Shown piece after piece: positions 54,989-64,000 of a DNA stretch of 64,000 nucleotides. Both the position numbers and the translations under genes were made by a program. A model generated the notes under the pieces. The model searched no databases. It saw only the letters and a list, made by a program, of their open reading frames with translations, and was not told the DNA's origin. Each line of letters opens with the position of its first letter. The first letter of the stretch is position 1. The DNA is from Antedon mediterranea (Eukaryota > Animalia > Echinodermata), in NCBI RefSeq assembly GCF_964355755.1, contig NC_092673.1, positions 25,479,648-25,543,647 of the forward strand, read 5' to 3'.

Positions 54989-56187
54989 GACAAAATTTAG
55001 TATCAGTACTCTCCCAACTCAGAACAGAATTGAAAATTTTAAACTGTCGGACATTTATTTTTTATTAGGGAGCTTAAGATTTTCATCTTTAAGATTTATG
55101 AATTTGACAAAAAAATGTCTGTCTATTACCATACATGATGTACATTGTTCAAGCAAGCCAATCTAACAACAGGATGCTTAGCTTCGGATATTAAAGAGTT
55201 TATCTGTGGCTGCGACACGATCAGTTCCATGCCCCTTACCACGTTTGCGCTGAGAATGTACACATAGTACAGTAATGTTGGTATTTGTCACAGCCAGACA
55301 AAAGATCAAAGGACTTGGCAAAGCGAGCTCAGTGTCCTGTTGTCTGATTGCCTTGGTTCAAGTCATTTTAATTTTCAAATTCCTAGTCTCCTAATTTTAA
55401 ACAGATTATACTGAAAATAAATATTAACAATGTATTTATCTTGCCTAGATTAAGTGTAATATGTTATAGTAAATAGTGCAATTAGAATTAGTTGTTTTAT
55501 ACTAAGCATGGCTAATGAAATGAATGCTAATGAAATGTATTTAAAAAGGCTTCTGTTTTGTAAGTACTAAATTTTAATTTAACGAAAGCGGCAAAGAGAT
55601 GCAGGAGATGGAGAAGCCTTAGGATGGGGGTCGACGGTAAGGGTGGGTGGGAGGGTTCCTACGGTAATGGTGGGTGCGAAAGAATAAATAGTACACAAAC
55701 CAGATGTAGTGGGTGCCGTGTTGAAATGTAAACCATAATATGTATATATAATAATATATTATATAAATTATATTTCATTTAACTGTAAACTGTTAAATAT
55801 GTTTAAACTTGCATTTAATGTTTTTCCTCCATGGTGCTAACACTAAACCCAATAATATTAACAATTTAATATTAGATTATTACATTTTGTGTAAATAGAT
55901 TTATTTAACATAGAATTAAGGTTTATACTATTATATACTAATATACTATATAGTTGTATACCAGCCTATAATAGTCACAATGGATCGCTGTAGGTGTGGT
56001 TAACATTTGAAATAATACATTTATATACATTTTATATTTTACCAGTTTATATTTGATAAATTTTAGAGTAATTTGTATTAATGGATTATGCACTTTAGTG
56101 TTTTTAGAAAAAGAAATCACGTACTTGTTTATTAAATTGTTCAACGAAAAGATTTTTTAGAAGTTTTTAGATTTGTTTTGTTTTGAA

Positions 56188-56393
56188 AAAAATAGGCCAT
56201 TTGAATGGTGAAGAAAAAAACAGGCCATTTGAATGGTCAAGAAAAAACAGGCCATTTAAATGGTCAAGAAAAAAGCCATTTGAATGGTCAAGAAAAAAAC
56301 AGTTAATTTGAATGGTCAAGAAAAAACAGGCCATTTGAATGGTCAAGAAAAACAAGCCATTTGAATGGTAAAATAAAAAACAAGCCATTTGAA
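56188..56393. repeat. Second array of the ~28-bp satellite
   Basis: About 7-8 copies, same orientation as the intronic array. Confidence 0.92.
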
Positions 56394-57998
56394 TATAAAG
56401 AGGTTAACTTGAAATTTATTATCGCAATTTATTATATATAAATAAATTGAACATAAAATATCGCATATAAAACATACAAAATATAGCACTTTAAGTAATC
56501 AAAAATCAAAAAGATGCATAAAGAACAAATACACATTATTCGCAGGGCTGTGCAGGATGAAAACATGAAAACACAATGGTTTGTAATGAATGATTTTGAT
56601 TTTTTAGTTTTACATAATGGTAAACAAAATTCATTACTGTGTCTATTGTAAAATCCCATCGTTTCGGTAATGAAATGATAAGGCCCAATTCTGTGATTTT
56701 CATTCTTAAATTTCTGAAAATATTGCCTGCACATCCAGGTTCGTCGTAGTTAAGCTACTAGTAGGCCTACTGATAAAACCAAAGCCCCTCATCCTATAAT
56801 ATTTAACACAATACCTCGCATGCTATACTCGTGTATCCGCTTTTTTTTAAGTCGCTGCATGGATATCAACCCTCGGGGAAAAAAAGAAGTTTTTCATACA
56901 TATCACATTTTGTGAATTAGATTACCCTGTTAAACAAAATCAATACATACATTCAATACCTAGATTACAACATCACATACACCTTTACAACTAATTAAAA
57001 AACACCACCTTGAATATGTCGTAGATTTTTGTACAAAACCGTACACCTGCATCTTGCCGCCAGACGTCTCGTGAACGGATAAAGCATATTGATTAATAGT
57101 ATAATTCTAACATTAGTAAAAGTAAAATACCCGTCTATCCGTTTCATGCGCCGATTCACACGGCATTATGTTACAGTACTTATAAAAATCCAAGGCGGTC
57201 AATCGGCTACTGTACTTCATTAAAAATTGCTATTAGGGTTCAATAGGAATTTGCGTGCCATACACGAATTATCAATATTAAAAACTAATCAATGGTTGTA
57301 CATTCTATGAGAGATGTTATAGGCTAAATCATTTTTGGAAAATGTGTATGAACGAAAATTCTGCGGTAAGCCTACTCAACACTTTAGATATCAGAAGGTC
57401 TCTATGAAATTAACTACAGTAGGGCCTATTAGTTATTATATTGACAGTGGAATGTATTTTCCAAAACCATGGCGCTTAATCCTTTTGGCTGTTTGCTTTA
57501 CCGTTTTGATTTAGCTTTCATGCTTATTTTATTTGGATCTTCATTGCTATAAAGTTTTCAGTAATTTTAAATATTTAATAGTTATTTAATTTGTGCGCTT
57601 TTATTGATCCCATTAAGAACGTAGCACGTGTGCAATTATTTTTTTTTAAATAGATTTACGAACTGTGTAATCTTGAACTCAAACAGAGAATGAATTACAT
57701 TAATGTTTCTGAAAGTAGGTCAGAAAGATCCGGTCGTATGAAAGGAAGGCGATAGTAAAATCCGTTATACATTTTGCTGTATTTCTGAAATACCACGAAC
57801 AATACTTGCGACATGTATATCTACTTAATCTTAATGGTTTGTCAATGATTTACTTGCTTATAAAAAGAAGCAGCATTATAAGAGTGCTAATTCCATTTAA
57901 TAATGTGATAAATCACGACTCAACCGATACTAAGTATCATTATACGGTACTCTACAATTCCTTCCTTTCTTAGGTCATTTTTTCGATAATAGAGAGCA

Positions 57999-58131
57999 GT
58001 GGCCGTATTCACCTATCACACATAAGTGAGATATTTCCCTTAAAAAGTATTCAGTTAGATAGGCGATTGTTCTTTTAATTCTCAGGGTAAGCCTTTTCTC
58101 TTAGCATAAGTGTAACTGGTAAATATGGCCA
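57999..58131. mobile_element. MITE (TIR TGGCCGTATTCACC); partial copy at ~21566-21630
   Basis: TGGCCGTATTCACCTATCACAC...GTGTAACTGGTAAATATGGCCA, sharing TAAG.GAGATATTTCCCTT with the 21.6 kb copy. Confidence 0.6.
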
Positions 58132-59365
58132 TAGGAAACTCAATTTAATACAGAAAATAGGCTTACCACAATAAACTAAATAGGCCTATTATTGTTTTTG
58201 TAAATTAGGTTCAAATGACATAGAGTAGAGTCTGGTTTTAATAGGACACGTCGATGAAAATTATTTTACGGTCGCCATAAGTCACAGCACGGTTTAACCA
58301 AGACAATCTAACAACATGATGCTGCAGGGCTCCGAAGACCAAATGGTTTATCTGTGGCTGCGACACGATCAGTTCCGCCCCTCAAACTCGCGCGTTTAGT
58401 TTAGAACTAAAGACCTAAGTTAGATTAAAACCGTTTAAAACTAAAGTTAAATTTAAAATATCTAAATATACAAACAATATCTCGTATATATAAGCTTAAA
58501 AACAACCCATTAACGTAATATTTTAATAGATAAAAAGAACATTCCAATCCCAGTGGGTAGATAATGACGATTTAAGTATAATCAAACAAGCCGATTTTAA
58601 CATTAATTAGTTAAAAGCATTATTTTATATTAAATATCGATGTTTAAAGACGACAAAGAATATTTATATTAATTTAACATGTGCACACAAACTATTTTCA
58701 TAATAACGGCGCCACACATTCGAGTCGGATTCGAGTACAGTACTTTAGTAAGCCTTACTGTTTTTTCTTCGCCATATTTAATAATAATAATAATAATAAT
58801 AACAATAATAATAATAATTATATTTAATGCGCTTACCATAGTAATGAACCTATGAATTTCTAGGCTTTAGATAAATCATACTTCACTTAATAATGATAAA
58901 ATGAATTTAATAAAATATGGATATTAATATTACAGATAGGCAATTTATATCGTTCTCATTGTTTCGCGGACAATACGCGTTTATTATCCGCGCGTGACAC
59001 TCGCAGATTAGATGATTTTTTTCTACATTAAATAACCCACGAATTTTGCACGAGCAATGCACGCGAGTATATATTTGACATACCGCTGAGTGGCAATTGC
59101 ACTTTAATGTCATTGCACTGTGCGAAGAATCAATCGATAATATGATTCTCTTATGCATTTAATTGACCGAAAAACAGTTTAGTTGCAATTAAATAAAAAA
59201 TAACATACAAAATATATCATAATGGACATTTATATGAAAAAAAACACAATAGCAGCCTTTTAGCAATATCAATTTATCTATCTACTCAATGCCATAACTC
59301 ATATTGAATAGTCAATAATGTAGTTATTATTTTAAAAAGTAAAAATAAAAACATACACGGCCTCA

Positions 59366-59572
59366 AGCTTGGTTCCCACTAGCGACGCAACGTAACGCAA
59401 CCTACACGACGTAAGAAAATGCCCTTCCAATAATTGTGTTTGCCCCACCTGCGTGAAATCAAACTGCGATTTTTGCAGCACTGTTGCGTCGTCGGTTCCC
59501 ACTTGTGATTACGAGCAATACAGCACTTTGCGTCAATACGTCGCTGCGCTACGTTCTAGTGGGAACCATGCT
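59366..59572. mobile_element. Harbinger-like MITE family 2 (TIR AGC.TGGTTCCCACTAG)
   Basis: TCA-AGCTTGGTTCCCACTAG...CTAGTGGGAACCATGCT-TCA (3-bp target duplication). Confidence 0.8.
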
Positions 59573-60410
59573 TCAAAATGGGTTTCTTCCGCTGCATATT
59601 ATTGCTTTCGTTCTGTGGCATTGAACAGCAGCATGCAATGGTAATCCACAGGTAGCATACAGTATTCAACCTGGCTAAAGATTTATGCAAATGTACGTAC
59701 TCATCAATGAAAGCAAGATAGGTGGCAGCAAATTTTACTTTTCACTTTTACTTACAAACCATACTGGCGCCCTCCTACATTATTTAATGTTTGTTTAACA
59801 GGTAAAAATAAATTCGATTTTATTAAACATTTATTTGTATAAATTAGATGATCAAATAAGTATTACCGATTCCCAGTGCTCTCTCCATATTATGACAATA
59901 CTTGTACAGTGTTAAAGGAAAATTTCATAATACATCATCTCATGTGCAACACACGACATGACTGTATCGTGGTTATCTATGATGCAATGCGATACGTTAT
60001 GAGACACATGTGATGCTGTATTACATAATTTTCCTATGATACTGGAGACATTTTCTCGACAAAACCAGTGAAAGAGGCAGTTCCAGATTCTTAGTTTAAC
60101 CACCAGAAGCAGACCTATAACGACAGATATGGCAGAACAGAGTAAAACACACAGAATATTTTATTCGTTATAAGCATTTTATTAAGAAAAACTTCATAGA
60201 AACCGGTATTCAACACACGTGTTCGATTAATAGTTCGTATTATGTACTGACGTTAATGACTGTAAAATGTTGAGTTTCTAAATATTTTATTTGCATCTTT
60301 AAAATGGCCATATTTTGTAATATTTTACAACAACAACATGGTGAGAGATTGCACATCAAGTGAACTTAACAAACTACCATTAGACCACGTGTCACGGTTA
60401 TTCCGTTTAA

Positions 60411-61150
60411 AGTGTGGTTCCCACTAGGACGCAACGCAAGGACGTAAGCGCAACGTAAGCGAGTTGACAAATCAAAATCGATGGACTATTCAAACTGTCG
60501 CTTGTCATTGGTCAACTCTCTTGCGTTGCGTCTACGTCCTTGCGTTGCGTTTTTGTGGGAATCACGCTTTATAGTCAATTTCATTGATGCTTAAAATAAC
60601 AAAACATAGAAGTAAGTCGAGATACCTTTTTACTGAGTTGATGCTTTGAACTTTTTTGTTTGTTTTTTTTCGATATCGGTAATAGTGACGGTCGGGTAGC
60701 CGGAGAAGAAGGTCACGTTGCGTTTTTTAACGAAATCTGGATGAGTACAGCTTGGTTCCCACTAGCGACGCAACCTACGCAACGTAGGAAAATACCCTTC
60801 CAATAATTGTGTTTTCCTCCACCTATCCCCACCCCCCGCCGCGCCTGCGTGAAATCAAAACTTCGTTCGATGTTTGCAGCACTGTGCGTCGTCGGTTTTC
60901 ACTTGTGATTATGCAATACAGCAATTTGTTGCGTTGCGTCCTAGTGGGACCCACGCTTAAAGATTGAACGGTTCTACTCGTTTTACTATTTTGAGGGAAT
61001 GTACCTTAATGCTTGGTTTTCACGAAACACAATAACGTAACGCAAAGTAAGTGATTTTACCAATCACAAGTGAAGGATTATACAAACTGTAGCTTGTCAT
61101 TGGTTAGCTCGCTTGCGTTATGTCTACATCTTTGCGATGCGTTTCTAGGC
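60411..61150. mobile_element. Cluster of three Harbinger-like family 2 MITEs (60411-60568, 60749-60957, ~61010-61150)
   Basis: GGTTCCCACTAG..ACGCAACG...CGTTGCGT..TAGTGGGA.CC ends. Another copy at ~10660-10793. Confidence 0.78.
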
Positions 61151-61320
61151 TATAAGATCTCGTGTAAAATAGACTTTTAAAGCAGGTATGTCCTAAATGC
61201 ACACAATAAACAGATTCACGTGCTTTTCGATGGACGAAATGTTTAATATTAAATAAAAAAGCTCATGGGTGGGATATAATTATTATTTTATATATGTTTT
61301 TAATATATTTTATATATATG

Positions 61321-62628
61321 TTATACTTGATCAATACGCACATATTCTTTACCATTTAATGGTTCTGTTTGTTCCTCTGTGATATCGTTTAAACACACTT
61401 GAAGTTCAGGAGATATATGGTGGTTTTTGTTAGCGTCAATCGTGGTCGAACTGCCGTTTCCATTGACTGATTTATTTGGTGAGACGAATGACATGACGTT
61501 TGTCAATGCGGTAAATTCAGAATTATCTCGGTCTCTGTAAAAAGCTTTACGACAGAGAAGGCGCTTAAATCCACTGCGAAATTCAGTGTTTGTGGAATAT
61601 ATCAAAGGGTTAAGTGAACTATTGATCCAACCAAGCCAGACAACAACATAATACGTTGTAGGTCCTACGCAATCGCTGCAAAATGGCTTTATACAATTTA
61701 CAACAAAAAAGGGCAGCCAACAGCAAACGAAGGCACCCATAATTGTTCCAAGCGTTTTTGCCGCTCGACGCTCACCGCGTGCGTGTTTTTGATGACGTGA
61801 CAGTTTAGTTTGAAGACGTATCTGCCTTTCCTGTTTTTGTGCTTCTAAATATATACGTAAGTACAGACCAACCATGATAGCAGACGGAATGTAAAAGCTA
61901 ATACAAGACGATATAACGGAGTAATACCTATTTAAGGCGAAATCGCATTTTGGGATATCACAATCAAGTAGTCCTAAATCTCCTGGTTCCCGGTGTATTT
62001 CAGTTAAAACGGGTACAAACGACAAAAGAGCAGAAACTACCCACGCAGTCATTATCATTATTCGTGACTTTCTTTTTGTCATTTTACTCTGGTATTGAAA
62101 CGGCATCATTATAGCCCAATATCTATCCAAACTGATAACAAACAAATTTAAAATGGAAGCGGTTGACATCATTATATCCAGCGCCGTGTGTATATCACAA
62201 AAACGACCAAACGGCCAATATCCAGCCGTTGTATAAACAACGTTAAAACTCATAACAAGTAAAGCGACGAGAACGTCCGAGAAGGCTAATGATACAATGA
62301 AATGATTTGTTATTCTTTTCCGTAGATGTCGCCAATTCAATACCGATGCGATGACTAGGCAGTTTCCAAAAAACGTTGCAAGTGTTATGCACGTGAGTGC
62401 AATACCTGCCGCAACTTGCGCATTGCCCTCTGTAGGGCAAAGTGGATTTCCGGAAGAATTTGTAGATGATAAATGATCGAATCCATCGTTAATCAAAGCA
62501 CTTGTTGGAACCCTTAACTCATATGTACTATTTGGTGAATTTTCATCCAACACCGCTGTTCTATACGGCGATGTAAGTCCGATTACAGTCACGGAATATA
62601 AGTTAGGTTGAACGGCTTTTGTAGACAT
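61321..62628 (-). CDS. D1-like dopamine receptor (class A GPCR), 435 aa, no intron in the CDS
   Basis: Seven TM segments: GNCLV, FIVSLAFSD, LDIMMSTASILNL (TM3 Asp), ISLDRYWAI (D1-type), TM5 SSCISFYIP serines, KTLGTIMGAFVCCWLPFF, WLGWINSSLNPLIY. Short ICL3 and long C-tail, as in Gs-coupled D1 receptors. An acceptor near 62693 implies a 5'UTR intron. Confidence 0.9.
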   Translation of the reverse strand: MSTKAVQPNLYSVTVIGLTSPYRTAVLDENSPNSTYELRVPTSALINDGFDHLSSTNSSGNPLCPTEGNAQVAAGIALTCITLATFFGNCLVIASVLNWRHLRKRITNHFIVSLAFSDVLVALLVMSFNVVYTTAGYWPFGRFCDIHTALDIMMSTASILNLFVISLDRYWAIMMPFQYQSKMTKRKSRIMIMTAWVVSALLSFVPVLTEIHREPGDLGLLDCDIPKCDFALNRYYSVISSCISFYIPSAIMVGLYLRIYLEAQKQERQIRLQTKLSRHQKHARGERRAAKTLGTIMGAFVCCWLPFFVVNCIKPFCSDCVGPTTYYVVVWLGWINSSLNPLIYSTNTEFRSGFKRLLCRKAFYRDRDNSEFTALTNVMSFVSPNKSVNGNGSSTTIDANKNHHISPELQVCLNDITEEQTEPLNGKEYVRIDQV

Positions 62629-63789
62629 ATTTGGTGACTTGAAGCGTTCGACCAGGACACGAGATCCTTACGTTGTGATTTTCATATCATGGCTGTAAAG
62701 ATATATAAAAAAGAACATGACATTAATACAAAATATACAAAAATATTTATAGCTTGGTGGTTAAGCTGCTTCCAAGGTTCTGGGTTCGAATACTGTCATC
62801 TCATGACAAAATAACGACTCCATTCCAAAGATAAAAGTTGGTACTGTTAACAGTTTGTCACTCTTTGAACAAGAACAGTGAGTAAATATTCGCTTATGGT
62901 AGGTCTATATCGTGGACAGTTTCCTTATAAAAACAAACAAGCACTGTACCCTCATTACTGTAAAGTCTACCTTAAGTAAAAAATCAAGAGAAAATCTTAA
63001 AATCAAAACCGTATTTACAAGAATGTCAGTAAGTAAGAAGACAACACACTCATGGGGATCGTCTTATGCTCAGTTGAGTGGAAATACCAACGCGGTGATG
63101 TTCCACGACAGTAATGATTATGTATTAGCTTTTTTATATAGTCATATCCAAAACCTCAAACCATTGTTATATCATCAAACAGACTAATACACATTATTAA
63201 ACCACATTTTGTAAACAGTGCCTTATTTGATCGTTTAATATGGGCCCAGCAGAAACGATAAAACTAATTGACAAAAGAACCGGAATTTGTAGTCAACAAT
63301 CAATTGAATCGAATTTCCAAGATAGCCTGGAAGCTTTAGAACCTCCAGAAGATATGATGATCTATAAAATGCGCAAAAATCGATTCTTGTCGCCATAAAT
63401 AGTCATTTCACGCCTAGGATCCAAAAATAGTTACGAAGAGCTACTCCAGGCCTACTCACTATGCAATTATGGCCGTAAAGTCAATCGCCGAGTTCTTTCG
63501 TCATTAACTTGGTGGCCTCTGATTTTATCGCATCGAATATTAAGAATGATAGGCCTATAATAATGTAACACAATGGTGGGTTACTAATTTTAAAGCTATA
63601 AATCGAGATGGTTCTAAGTTTGTGTCTAAATTGTGTCTTTGAAGACATTATTTTAAATATAGAAAAATCTTACTTAATTGATTGAAATTTTCTAAATTCC
63701 ATTACAAATTGTATCAACGCAAGGAAGTAACGTAAATCGAATTAAAGATTTTGCACGATACCTAAAATGTAAATTAAAGTTTAAGTCAT

Positions 63790-64000
63790 CTACTCAATTT
63801 ATTGAATGATATACTTTACTGTACTTACTGCCTACTCAATTTGGTATGTATTGATAATAGTAGTTAGTTAGTACTTACTGTAGGCCTACATAATATTATG
63901 CACGATAATACCTTATAAAATCAGTTACTCAATTTGGTGTATTGATAATAGTAGTTAGTTAGTACTTACTGTAGGCCTACATCATGATATGCACGATAAT
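63790..64000. repeat. Tandem duplication, period ~93 bp, running off the window end
   Basis: TACTCAATTTGGT..GTATTGATAATAGTAGTTAGTTAGTACTTACTGTAGGCCTACAT..GCACGATAAT at 63833-63909 and 63926-64000. Confidence 0.8.

Noticed and set aside
53632-56388. ORFs at 53632-53880 and 56167-56388
   Set aside because: Translations of the 28-bp satellite.

Overview
AT-rich, intron-rich animal genomic DNA, probably an invertebrate deuterostome or echinoderm (inferred from actin intron positions, HOPX and repeat types). Most ORFs in the supplied track are spurious or single exons, so I assembled nine genes by hand from GT-AG junctions and frame continuity. They are: two tandem FAM20C-like secretory-pathway kinases (+; the first lacks its 5' end in this window), a HOPX-like homeobox gene (-), an ANKRD55-like ankyrin gene (-), ATP synthase subunit k/DAPIT (ATP5MK, -), a tandem pair of small paralogous proteins I cannot assign (basic or His-rich head, Gly-zipper hydrophobic core, VVHV motif, Pro/Tyr/Gln tail; +), a strongly divergent actin with a shortened D-loop (+), and a D1-like dopamine receptor with an uninterrupted CDS (-). 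Introns and intergenic DNA hold many non-autonomous DNA transposons, SINEs, L2/CR1 remnants and minisatellites. The most novel-looking items are the Gly-zipper/PY-rich gene pair, the adjacent divergent actin, a HOPX retaining WFQNR, the remodelled FAM20C paralogues, and an antisense signal-anchor ORF nested in the first FAM20 gene. All family assignments come from motif recognition and recalled reference sequences; no searches were run.
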